DNA from: Desulfurococcales archaeon
GTDB taxonomy: Archaea; Thermoproteota; Thermoprotei_A; Sulfolobales; NBVN01
DNA length: 64,000 nucleotides
NCBI GenBank assembly: GCA_027002995.1
Contig: JALWZB010000061.1
Location: 3,000-66,999 of the forward strand
Direction of reading: 5' to 3'
The notes under the pieces are model-generated. The model saw only the letters and a list, made by a program, of their open reading frames with translations. It was not told the DNA's origin and did not search any database. Both the position numbers and the translations under genes were made by a program. This document shows positions 1-8,073 of the stretch, piece by piece. The first letter of the stretch is position 1; the number at the start of each line of letters is the position of its first letter.

Positions 1-532
1 CATTCCTAAACACTATCCTTGCACCATAACTGGTTTCTTTACGTCTTGCGAGCTCTACGACCTCCTTGATTAGTGGCAGGTAATTCTCTCCGAAGCTTGC
101 TCTGAAGGCTAGCCATGAGCTGTCATGTGGGTACTTGACTTTAACTGTCTTGATTGATTCGAACCTAACGTTCCTATTACCGTATCTAGATGCTTCACCT
201 TCGCTCACAATGAACGGTTTCCTAAGCTTGATATGCCTCGGATCGCCTCCATTAAATACGCATCCCTTGACGAATGCTTTAGCTACCTTATACGCTGAGT
301 CGCCGTACGCTTTGTTCAGCATAGCTCTAAGCTCCTTAAGGACAGTATTAGTATTAACTCCTTTAGCTATCATTCTAGTGGCGTAAAGTACAGCTCTCCT
401 AAAATCATGTGCCAGCCTAACGAGCTTCATGTAATCTTCCGGGCCAGCAGGTTCTAGCCTACCAGAAACAGTAACGTATCTAATAAGCGATACTGCATCA
501 ACCACATCGCTATCTATCCGGTACCGTAACAC
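1..532 (-). CDS. IS200/IS605-family TnpB/OrfB-like protein, N-terminal part (gene runs off the left edge)
   Basis: Open frame with no stop inside the window, so it is absent from the ORF track. GTG at 530-532 is preceded by GGAGGTGA. My translation is MLRYRIDSDVVDAVSLIRYVTVSGRLEPAGPEDYMKLVRLAHDFRRAVLYATRMIAKG...YGNRNVRFESIKTVKVKYPHDSSWLAFRASFGENYLPLIKEVVELARRKETSYGARIVFRN. This resembles the pre-RuvC N-terminal region of archaeal IS1341/ISC1778-type OrfB proteins. The RuvC and Zn-finger parts would lie outside the window, so the family call is unconfirmed. Confidence 0.45.
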   Translation of the reverse strand, partial: MLRYRIDSDVVDAVSLIRYVTVSGRLEPAGPEDYMKLVRLAHDFRRAVLYATRMIAKGVNTNTVLKELRAMLNKAYGDSAYKVAKAFVKGCVFNGGDPRHIKLRKPFIVSEGEASRYGNRNVRFESIKTVKVKYPHDSSWLAFRASFGENYLPLIKEVVELARRKETSYGARIVFRN

Positions 533-677
533 GCACTATCACCTCCCTCCGGTGAAGATGCCTTATCTTCTCGCTCAGCCCCTTCGGAATGTAGATGCAG
601 AGAAGGCCATGACTGGTCTTAGAGATCCTAGCGTGGAACACGTACTCCTCAGGCAATACACCCCGCCTCAAGTACAA
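510..677 (-). CDS. possible 55-aa AbrB/SpoVT-like small protein (below the ORF-track size cutoff)
   Basis: TTG at 675-677 or 669-671, stop at 510-512. Translation is MYLRRGVLPEEYVFHARISKTSHGLLCIYIPKGLSEKIRHLHRREVIVRVTVPDR. The IYIPKGLSEKI...REVIVRV pattern is like swapped-hairpin AbrB/VapB-type domains. The start lies about 20-25 nt downstream of the palindromic TATA at 692-699, which would give a leaderless transcript. It overlaps the tnpB-like start by 23 nt in another frame. Confidence 0.25.
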   Translation of the reverse strand: MYLRRGVLPEEYVFHARISKTSHGLLCIYIPKGLSEKIRHLHRREVIVRVTVPDR

Positions 678-680
678 TCA

Positions 681-710
681 CTACAGAAAATCTTATAAGT
701 ATTTCTGTAG
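681..710. promoter_or_regulatory. 30-bp near-perfect palindrome centred on a TATA-like CTTATAAG; candidate bidirectional BRE/TATA element
   Basis: The sequence is ctacagaaa-atcttataagta-tttctgtag. The 9-bp arms (681-689 and 702-710) are perfect, and the core cttataag (692-699) is self-complementary. The same gaaaatcttata motif recurs at the strong promoter at 15586-15602. Confidence 0.4.
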
Positions 711-890
711 AGAATACTAGCGGAGTAGGGATGAACTCGATGAGCTAGGTGAGGGGGACTGTATGATGAACCGCTCTTCGCCGAGGGGAGTGCGGTGAAG
801 CCCTAGGCAACTAGGGCGGACGCGCTCCCGCAGGCGGGGAGAAAGGGGATGCACAGCCGTAATGAACCCGACCGTGCCAGACACAAAGCA

Positions 891-1301
891 CTATAATTCA
901 ACACATGAAGGCACGGATCGGGTGAACGGTATCATGCAGAGGAATGAGAGCTTAGTTGTGCTGGTGTTTATGTATTCGTGCTCGACGTTAGGCGGGACGA
1001 ATATGAAGAACCCTTTACTTACGTTATACCATTTGCTCCCGATCCTTATGCGGCCTTCACCCTCAAGCACGAAGATCTCGTGCTCCCACGGATGCCTATG
1101 AGGGTTTATCCTAGCACCCGGCTCCAGTTCGAATAACCTCATAGCGAACGCCCTCGCCCCGTCTTCATCCTTTATCAACCACCTCACTGTTGTCCCTGTA
1201 CCCATATTGCTTGGGACGGCCTCCGCCTTCACACCAGTATAGTGGGCAACAATCTCGCCACAAGGACCCTTAGGAAGAGACACGCTTGTCACCCGCCTCA
1301 T
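891..1301 (-). CDS. cupin-domain protein
   Basis: 136-aa ORF. RINPHRHPWEHEIFVLEGEG plus FVPPNVEHEY form the two-motif cupin metal-binding signature. Confidence 0.8.
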   Translation of the reverse strand: MRRVTSVSLPKGPCGEIVAHYTGVKAEAVPSNMGTGTTVRWLIKDEDGARAFAMRLFELEPGARINPHRHPWEHEIFVLEGEGRIRIGSKWYNVSKGFFIFVPPNVEHEYINTSTTKLSFLCMIPFTRSVPSCVEL

Positions 1302-1343
1302 TCTTTTGTCAAGCTAGTAAATAATGGTGTGGTTCAGGATGCC

Positions 1344-4010
1344 TCATACCCTTATCTTTAGGGTCTTCCTGACTTCATCTATTAGGAGTATCGGGACTGC
1401 CGTCAGTAGTGCTGTCCCCAACAACCACGGGGGTAGCGGTACTGCGGTGAAGAGTTCCCTAACGCCCGGCGTGTACACCGCGAACAGCTGTAGGCCTACG
1501 GATGCCAGGAGCGCTGGCAGCAGCCACTTATTGAACGGTCTGTACCAGAAGTGCTTTGCTTCAGATCTTGAGGACAGGGCTCGGCCGAACTCACTGAACG
1601 CTATCGCCGTGAAGACTAAAGTTCTCGCCTCGGCTAGCCCTATGTTGCTGAGTACGGAGTTAAACAGCACTAAGTTCACGGTACCTATTGCCGCACCGAG
1701 GATCGTGAAGTAAGCTATTTTCCTGTTGGTTATGAATGAACCCTCCCTTCTCCTAGGGGGTCTTCGCATGATGTCTGGCTCGGCAGGCTCAACACTTAAG
1801 GCTAGAGCCGGTAGTGAGTCGGTGGTGACGTTTATCCATAGTAGCTGCGGGGCATCCAGTGGCGGTGGTAAGCCTGCTAGTTCAGCCATGAATATTGTTG
1901 CGACCTCGCCTATGTTGGCTGGGAGTAAGTAGTTTATCGGCTTCTTCAGGTTCTCGTATATTACCCTGCCCTCCTTAACCGCCTCAACGATCGTAACGAA
2001 GTTGTCGTCCTTGAGGATTAGCTTGGCGACTTCCTTAGCAACGTCCGTGCCTCTTATCCCCATAGCTATACCTATGTCCGCTTCCTTCAACGCTGGGGCG
2101 TCGTTAACACCGTCGCCGGTCATGGCGACCACGTGGCCCTTAGCCCTCAACGCGTTAACTATTCGGCGCTTATGCTCAGGCGTTACCCTAGCAAACACGA
2201 CGACATCATCGACTACCTCCCTAAGCTCCTCATCACTCATGGAGTCAAGTTCCTTGCCATCGATTATGGATCTCTCGCCACTCACGTCTAAACCTATCAT
2301 TTCCGCGACAGCCTTCGCTGTGAGCCTATGATCGCCTGTAATCATAATTACCTTTATCCCTGCTTTCCTTACCTCCTCGACAGCTTCTCTCACACCCTCA
2401 CGCGGCGGGTCAATAATGCCTAACACAGCCACGAACGTCATTTCCCTCTCAACGAACCTGGCATCATCGGGCGGTTCCTCACTCATTACCCTGTATGCAA
2501 CGCCGTACGTTCTGTAGCCCTTACTGGCTATTGACGCTATGTAATCCAGTATTGACCTCCTTAACTCAGGTGTTAGGGGCTTCACGCCCTCCTCAGTTAC
2601 GACGCTATTCGATATGTCAAGAAGCATTTCTGGAGCGCCTGAGGATATGACTAAGTATGAATCATTGGTTAAGTGCACTGTCGTTTTACGCTTTCTGAAA
2701 CGGTCGAAGGGGTAAGTCCTTACAAGCTCTCTCTTAATCCTGTCAACAACGTCGGTACCGAGAACCTTCATAGCGAATACCAACGCCGCACCCTCTGTGG
2801 GGGACCCCCTGACACGCCATGAATCACCCTCGTGAACAATGTCCACGTCCCCCCGTATGTGCTTGACAAGCATCTCTGCTAATTCCTTGAGCCTACGGTC
2901 CAAACCTCCCTTCCCGTCTCTCGGGATGACCTTACCTACGGGCTCGTACCCTGTGCCCTCAACAACGTACTCTCGCCCACCACACCATGCCAGCTTAACG
3001 GTCATTTCGCCCTTAGTTATGGTGCCTGTCTTATCGGACGCTATGACGTCGCATGCACCTAGCGCCTCTATGGCGCCTAGCTCCCTAACTATAACGTTCT
3101 TCTTCGACATCCTGTAAGCGCCTATGGCTAGGACGGACGTAGCTACTGCCGGTAAGCCTTCGGGTATGGCTGCCACGGCTAGCGCTATGGCCAGTATGAG
3201 GGCATTTATCGGGCTCATGTGCGTGACGTACACTGATGAGATGAAGACGAAGGCACTTATCGCCAATATTATTATGCCGAGCCTCTTACCTAGCCTATCA
3301 AGTTCCTCCTCAAGCAAAGTTTTCCTTTCCTCTACCTTGCTGAGGGACTCAGCAATCTTCCCTAACTCAGTCCTCATACCCGTCGCTACTACTACTGCGA
3401 GCGCTTTGCCCGAGACTGCGTGAGTGCCCATGAACAGCATGTTGACCCTGTCCGAAACTGGCGTGTCAGGTTCCAAGATAACGTTCGGGTTCTTGCGGAC
3501 AGGTTCCGACTCACCTGTAAGTGGCGACTCATCCACCAGGAGCTCCTCCGCGCTGATTAGTCTAGCGTCCGCCGGTATCCTGTCACCTTCACCGATAACT
3601 ATGATGTCACCAGGCACTACCTCATGAGCAGGTATTTCCTTGATTCGACCGCCACGTATCACCTTAGCGTATGGTGTCGCCATCCTCTTCAAGGCCTCAA
3701 CAGCCTTCTCCGCCCGGAACTCCTGAAGGAAGCCAGCTACCCCCATTATCGCAACTATGAGCAATATTGCCGCAGCATCAACTACCTCCCCCAAGAACCA
3801 TGCGATCACCGCAGACACTACAAGTATCAGTATGAGGAAGTTCGTGAACTGCTTAGCGAATATCATTATGGGAGACTTCTTCCTACTCACCAACTCGTTG
3901 AGGCCGTACTCTTCTAACCGCCTCCTCGCCTCGTCCTCATCAAGCCCCTCCCTCCCCGTCCTAAGCTTCCTCAGCACCTCATCAACGCTCAGTGAATGCC
4001 AGTCCATCAC
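1344..4010 (-). CDS. cation-transporting P-type ATPase (P2-type, Ca2+/cation pump-like)
   Basis: 888 aa. Motifs seen: actuator LTGESEPV, phosphorylation site DKTGTITKG, MITGDH, hinge MTGDGVNDAPALKEADIG, and multiple TM helices at both ends. Confidence 0.9.
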   Translation of the reverse strand: MMDWHSLSVDEVLRKLRTGREGLDEDEARRRLEEYGLNELVSRKKSPIMIFAKQFTNFLILILVVSAVIAWFLGEVVDAAAILLIVAIMGVAGFLQEFRAEKAVEALKRMATPYAKVIRGGRIKEIPAHEVVPGDIIVIGEGDRIPADARLISAEELLVDESPLTGESEPVRKNPNVILEPDTPVSDRVNMLFMGTHAVSGKALAVVVATGMRTELGKIAESLSKVEERKTLLEEELDRLGKRLGIIILAISAFVFISSVYVTHMSPINALILAIALAVAAIPEGLPAVATSVLAIGAYRMSKKNVIVRELGAIEALGACDVIASDKTGTITKGEMTVKLAWCGGREYVVEGTGYEPVGKVIPRDGKGGLDRRLKELAEMLVKHIRGDVDIVHEGDSWRVRGSPTEGAALVFAMKVLGTDVVDRIKRELVRTYPFDRFRKRKTTVHLTNDSYLVISSGAPEMLLDISNSVVTEEGVKPLTPELRRSILDYIASIASKGYRTYGVAYRVMSEEPPDDARFVEREMTFVAVLGIIDPPREGVREAVEEVRKAGIKVIMITGDHRLTAKAVAEMIGLDVSGERSIIDGKELDSMSDEELREVVDDVVVFARVTPEHKRRIVNALRAKGHVVAMTGDGVNDAPALKEADIGIAMGIRGTDVAKEVAKLILKDDNFVTIVEAVKEGRVIYENLKKPINYLLPANIGEVATIFMAELAGLPPPLDAPQLLWINVTTDSLPALALSVEPAEPDIMRRPPRRREGSFITNRKIAYFTILGAAIGTVNLVLFNSVLSNIGLAEARTLVFTAIAFSEFGRALSSRSEAKHFWYRPFNKWLLPALLASVGLQLFAVYTPGVRELFTAVPLPPWLLGTALLTAVPILLIDEVRKTLKIRV

Positions 4011-4063
4011 CGACCCGCACTAACTACCCCCGAGGCATTAAATTAGTTATTTCCCCGCGTTAA

Positions 4064-4096
4064 GAAGTCCCTACTAACGTAGGACTTCCTTTATAA
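4064..4096. promoter_or_regulatory. inverted repeat GAAGTCC-N11-GGACTTC abutting the TATA box (ttataa 4091-4096) of thi4; candidate operator
   Basis: The 7-bp perfect arms are at 4064-4070 and 4082-4088. Three more pairs (tac/gta) are possible with a 1-nt offset. The right arm occupies the BRE position directly upstream of the TATA. The GTG start of thi4 is at 4128. Confidence 0.4.
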
Positions 4097-4127
4097 TTCC
4101 CCACGGGAGAGTGGTTAGGGGGTACGT

Positions 4128-4913
4128 GTGGCCAGGGTTAAGGGCGTTAATGAAGCGGAAATCACCCGTATCATAGTCCGTGAGTCTCTTCGCGAGTGGG
4201 AGGAACTTAGTAGTGTGGACGTCGTGGTGGTCGGTGCTGGGCCGTCAGGCCTGACAGCCGCCAAGTACTTGGCTGAAGGAGGCCTCAAGACCCTCGTCGT
4301 CGAGCGCAGACTGAGCTTCGGTGGTGGGATGGGAGGCGGGGGCAACCTTCTCCACAAGGTTGTCGTTGAGTATCCAGCGAATGAAGTACTTGACGACTTC
4401 AATGTGAGGTACTATGAGGTCAGCGAAGGTATTTACGTTGTTTCGACGGCTGAGCTAATGGCGAAACTAGCTGCGGGCGCCGTAGATGCCGGTGCTAAGA
4501 TAATCTTCGGCCTTACCCTTGAAGACCTAATATTCAGGTACGACCCACTTCGCGTTGCTGGAGCGGTCGTCATATGGTCGGCAATACCGCTCGCTGGCCT
4601 ACACGTTGACCCGCTCTTCATAGAGTCTAAGGCGGTAATTGACGCCACGGGGCACGACGCTGAAGTACTTAGTGTCGCGGCCGCCAAGATACCGGGTCTA
4701 CTGCAGAAGCCTAGGGGAGGGATGTCCGCTAATGCAATCGTAGGTGAGGAGAGAGTCGTAGAACTCACTGGTAAGGTGGCGCCCGGCCTCTACGCTACTG
4801 GCATAGCCGTGTCGAGCTACTATGGAACCCCTAGGATGGGGCCGATATTCGGGGGCATGCTGCTTTCAGGCAGGAAGGTGGCTAAGGAAGTTCTGAGGGA
4901 CTTGAAGAGCTAG
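4128..4913 (+). CDS. thi4: thiamine thiazole synthase Thi4 (archaeal, non-Cys type)
   Basis: 261 aa. It has the FAD/NAD dinucleotide fold VVVVGAGPSGLTAAKYLAEGGLKTLVVERRLSFGGG. The active-site stretch reads VIDATGHDAEV, with His where yeast THI4 carries the sacrificial Cys. Confidence 0.85.
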   Translation: MARVKGVNEAEITRIIVRESLREWEELSSVDVVVVGAGPSGLTAAKYLAEGGLKTLVVERRLSFGGGMGGGGNLLHKVVVEYPANEVLDDFNVRYYEVSEGIYVVSTAELMAKLAAGAVDAGAKIIFGLTLEDLIFRYDPLRVAGAVVIWSAIPLAGLHVDPLFIESKAVIDATGHDAEVLSVAAAKIPGLLQKPRGGMSANAIVGEERVVELTGKVAPGLYATGIAVSSYYGTPRMGPIFGGMLLSGRKVAKEVLRDLKS

Positions 4914-4972
4914 GAAACCTTATTAAGAAGTGTCATATTAACGTAAATTATTTTTCGGTAGGCTTAAAATGA

Positions 4973-6391
4973 TTGAGGGACTTCACTTTGACTGAAAAAT
5001 ACGACGTCATAGTAATTGGTGGGGGGCCAGCCGGTTACGTGGCGGCCTCCCGCCTAATTAGGGAGGGTCGGAAAGTCGCGCTCGTGGAGAAGAGGTTCTT
5101 GGGTGGTGAATGCACTAACTGGGGATGCATACCCTCTAAAGCATTGATCGAGGCATCTCACGTCCCGGCCTTGCTGAAGGCTTCAAGGCAGGTAGGGATA
5201 AAGGTGTCGGTGCAGGAGGTGAACAGCGCAAGGATAATGTCGTGGGTCAGGAGGGTGAGGACTAGGTCTAGGGCAGGTATAGCGCAGCTCCTTAGCGAGG
5301 CCAAGATCTTCGAGGGAACAGGTGTTATCTCTGGCCCTAGGGAGGTTAAGGTGAAGGTGGATGACGCCTCAGCCGTAACGTTGGAGGGCGACAACATCAT
5401 CGTGGCTACGGGCTCTGACCCCGCCCCAATACCTGGCTTCCAGTTCGATGGTGAACACATACTCAGTAACCGCGATTTCTTCGAGTTGAAAGAACTTCCG
5501 AGTACCATGGCTGTGATAGGTGCTGGCGCCATAGGGTCGGAGATAGCCGCAGCGCTAGCTAGGCTTGGAGTCAAGGTTCACCTTATCGAGATAATGGATA
5601 GGGTGCTACCGACCTACGATGCTGAGGTAGGAGCCATAGTCTCCAAGTACCTGAGGAGGGCAGGGGTTAACATATACGTAGCTACCATGGCGAAGAACTT
5701 GGGGAGGGATAAGGACGGCGTTAAGTTGAGGTTAGTGCCGCGGGACGGAGGTGAAGCGCGCGAAATTATTGTGGATAAGGTACTTATAGCGGCTGGCCGT
5801 AGGTACGCAACACGCGGCATAGGTCTCGAGGAGGTTGGGGTGACGCTCGGTGATAGGGGTGTAGTGATAGTTAATGAGGATCTCCGCACGTCGGTCCCCA
5901 CGATACTTGCTGCGGGTGACGTGACCGGCCCGCCACTACTGGCGCATAAGGCGTATAGGGAGGGACTCATAGCTGCTGAGACCATAATTCATGGTTCCTC
6001 ATCAATTCCGCGTGGCCCCATACCTTCAGTGATCTTCACCACGCCAGAGGTGGCTAGCGTTGGGTTAACCGAGGGGCAAGCACGGTCTGCAGGCCTGAAC
6101 GTGAGGTGTGTTAAGTACATCTACGCAGCTGTTTCGAGGGACTACACGGTACTTGAGAGGACGCCTGAAGGGTTCGCTAAGGTAGTTATTGAGGAGGGAA
6201 GCAACAGGATCTTAGGTGCCCTAATAGTTGGTAATGGTGCCTCAGAATTGATACACGTGCTCACACTAGCGGTAACGTTGAGGGTAAGCGTGGATGAACT
6301 AGCAAAGATGGTTTGCGCGCATCCGACATATTCTGAGGCGATATGCGAGTTAGCTCATAAGGCTATAGGTAAGCCTGTGCACGGCGGTTAA
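4973..6391 (+). CDS. class I pyridine nucleotide-disulfide oxidoreductase (dihydrolipoyl dehydrogenase-like)
   Basis: 472 aa. Motifs seen: VIVIGGGPAGY FAD fold, redox disulfide GGECTNWGCIPSK, second Rossmann fold AVIGAGAIGSE, and C-terminal dimerisation motif HPTYSE. Confidence 0.8.
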   Translation: MRDFTLTEKYDVIVIGGGPAGYVAASRLIREGRKVALVEKRFLGGECTNWGCIPSKALIEASHVPALLKASRQVGIKVSVQEVNSARIMSWVRRVRTRSRAGIAQLLSEAKIFEGTGVISGPREVKVKVDDASAVTLEGDNIIVATGSDPAPIPGFQFDGEHILSNRDFFELKELPSTMAVIGAGAIGSEIAAALARLGVKVHLIEIMDRVLPTYDAEVGAIVSKYLRRAGVNIYVATMAKNLGRDKDGVKLRLVPRDGGEAREIIVDKVLIAAGRRYATRGIGLEEVGVTLGDRGVVIVNEDLRTSVPTILAAGDVTGPPLLAHKAYREGLIAAETIIHGSSSIPRGPIPSVIFTTPEVASVGLTEGQARSAGLNVRCVKYIYAAVSRDYTVLERTPEGFAKVVIEEGSNRILGALIVGNGASELIHVLTLAVTLRVSVDELAKMVCAHPTYSEAICELAHKAIGKPVHGG

Positions 6392-6478
6392 TCCCTAGTA
6401 GAATATGGCTAAAAAGAGAACTAAGTTCTCGCACCTTCTTTGGAACGCTTCAATTGTTTTACCCCACCGTACTTACTG

Positions 6479-7576
6479 TCACACGAGTTCCGAAACCTTG
6501 TTAAGCACTTCCCTCCCTGAAGTCGTTACCAACACCATATTCTCTATCCTGATCCCGTACCTGCCATGCACATACACTCCGGGTTCAATGGTTACTATCA
6601 TGCCTGGCTTTAATTCCTCATCAACACCCTGCGCTAGGCGCGGGGGCTCGTGCACCTCTATACCGACTCCATGTCCTAACGCGTGTATGAAGTACTTTAA
6701 GAGACCATGCTTCTCCAAAACCTTCCTAGCGACAGCATCAACATCACTGACCTTCACCCCCGGAGCAACAGCGTCCGTAGCCTCATCAACCGCCTCCTTA
6801 ACCACCTCCAGCGCGTTCCTCAGCTCCTCATCCGGCTGCCCAATAACAGGAGTTCTGGTCATGTCTGAGCAGTACCCGCCGAATCTGGCCCCGAAATCCA
6901 TGACTATTGCCTCACCGTCACCTAGTTGACGTGTTGATGGGATCGCATGGGGGTATGCCGCGTTAGGTCCTGACGCAACTATCGTTTCGAACGCGTACCC
7001 GTCAGCACCTAAGAAACGCATTGTCCCTTCCAGTAGCGCAGCAACCTCATACTCCTTCATCCCAGGTTTAAGCTCATTTAAGGTCTTCCTAAACGCCTCC
7101 TCACTTATCCTCAGGGCCTCCCTCATTGCCGAGATCTCTGAGGGTTCCTTCACCACGCGCATTTCTGTAATATCCTTCTCAACATCGATTACCTCCGCGT
7201 CACTTCCTAACCTTTTAACTACCTCGGACGCCATCGGCGTAACTGCTCCAACATCGAGCCCCACACGCTTCGCGTTAACGGATTTAAGTTGCGTCACTAC
7301 CCACTCACTAGGCCTTATAGTGACGGGTTTCGTCTCTATTGCCGGTAGCTCGTATCTTGCGTAAGGTATGACCTCAACGTCCTTGACCGTGTCGGATACC
7401 CTCCAGTAATCAAGGGCTGGGGTCAGGAGTTTTGGTTGCCACCCGCGTATTATGAAGAGGTACGTGCCGGCTGGCCTCGGTAAGGAAGTGAAGTAGAAGA
7501 CGTTGGCATCCTGCGTTACTAGCACCGCGTCAAGGTTTCTAGACTCCATTAAATCCAGAATTTTCTTCAGCCTCAA
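6479..7576 (-). CDS. M24 family Xaa-Pro dipeptidase/aminopeptidase
   Basis: 365 aa. It has a creatinase-like N-terminal domain and pita-bread metal ligands (DFGARFGGYCSD, HALGHGVGIEVHEPP, VTIEPGVY). Confidence 0.85.
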   Translation of the reverse strand: MRLKKILDLMESRNLDAVLVTQDANVFYFTSLPRPAGTYLFIIRGWQPKLLTPALDYWRVSDTVKDVEVIPYARYELPAIETKPVTIRPSEWVVTQLKSVNAKRVGLDVGAVTPMASEVVKRLGSDAEVIDVEKDITEMRVVKEPSEISAMREALRISEEAFRKTLNELKPGMKEYEVAALLEGTMRFLGADGYAFETIVASGPNAAYPHAIPSTRQLGDGEAIVMDFGARFGGYCSDMTRTPVIGQPDEELRNALEVVKEAVDEATDAVAPGVKVSDVDAVARKVLEKHGLLKYFIHALGHGVGIEVHEPPRLAQGVDEELKPGMIVTIEPGVYVHGRYGIRIENMVLVTTSGREVLNKVSELV

Positions 7577-7624
7577 GGACTATGCACCAGGTAATGATTC
7601 ACCCTCCGAATATTTAAGGGAAGC

Positions 7625-7930
7625 TTACCTGAGGGTGAACTCCTTCATTCCTTCCCTAGCCAGTTCTCTCGCTTCATAATCATCCATGAATATCGATGCT
7701 AGCTTGAGGATGTTCTCTAGTGTAGGTTCCCTCCTAACTCTCCTAGCGATCCCCTTGAGATGGGGGTACCTCCTCACAGTTGGTTTGAGTATTTCCTCTA
7801 GTAACCTCCTACCATCTGAGTTGAGCACACAGTCTTTGCTGAAGTACCTGCCGAAACCCAATAACATCTTAGCTATTAGGGACCGCATCCATTCCCTAAA
7901 CCTTGCGTCATCGACGTCCTCGCTCCTCAC
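7625..7930 (-). CDS. hypothetical protein
   Basis: 101-aa ORF with coding-like composition and no recognised motif. Confidence 0.4.
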   Translation of the reverse strand: MRSEDVDDARFREWMRSLIAKMLLGFGRYFSKDCVLNSDGRRLLEEILKPTVRRYPHLKGIARRVRREPTLENILKLASIFMDDYEARELAREGMKEFTLR

Positions 7931-8073
7931 TAAGGTGACCCGAACATAAATTTCGCTTATGTTGATAATTAAGTTCTTGATGATTGAAGTGGGGGAGAGT
8001 GATTTAGCGTCTCGACCCCTAGATTGAGGTACTATGTATTCTTTAAAAGAGATGAAGCTATGTTTGAAGGTTT

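Noticed and set aside
763-769. A C-box-like AUGAUGA in the GC-rich spacer near the TnpB-like gene.
   Set aside because: No CUGA lies within 80 nt downstream and there is no C'/D' pair, so it is not a C/D sRNA.
740-900. Apparent similarity between this spacer and the 52430-52580 spacer (shared ugaacccg and gcggtga, both with ACA-rich tails), which suggested a repeated ncRNA family or MITE.
   Set aside because: Only isolated 7-8-mers match. For two segments of about 200 nt, an 8-mer match is expected by chance at roughly even odds, and no extended alignment could be built by eye.
1324-4023. Many plus-strand ORFs of 60-130 aa antisense to the P-type ATPase. Similar shadow ORFs lie opposite other long genes, for example 17602-18351, 23801-24262, 45443-45760 and 58419-58907.
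   Set aside because: They lie entirely inside strongly supported genes on the other strand. They have low-complexity Ser/Thr/Leu/Pro-rich translations and no motifs. These are typical shadow ORFs.
7977-8021. C/D-sRNA-like spacing on the plus strand: UGAUGA-12nt-AGAG-UGAUUUA-12nt-CUAG.
   Set aside because: The geometry is right, but both D-type boxes lack the GA needed for the sheared G.A pairs of the K-turn (AGAG and CUAG instead of CUGA). I rate it as chance or as a decayed sRNA.
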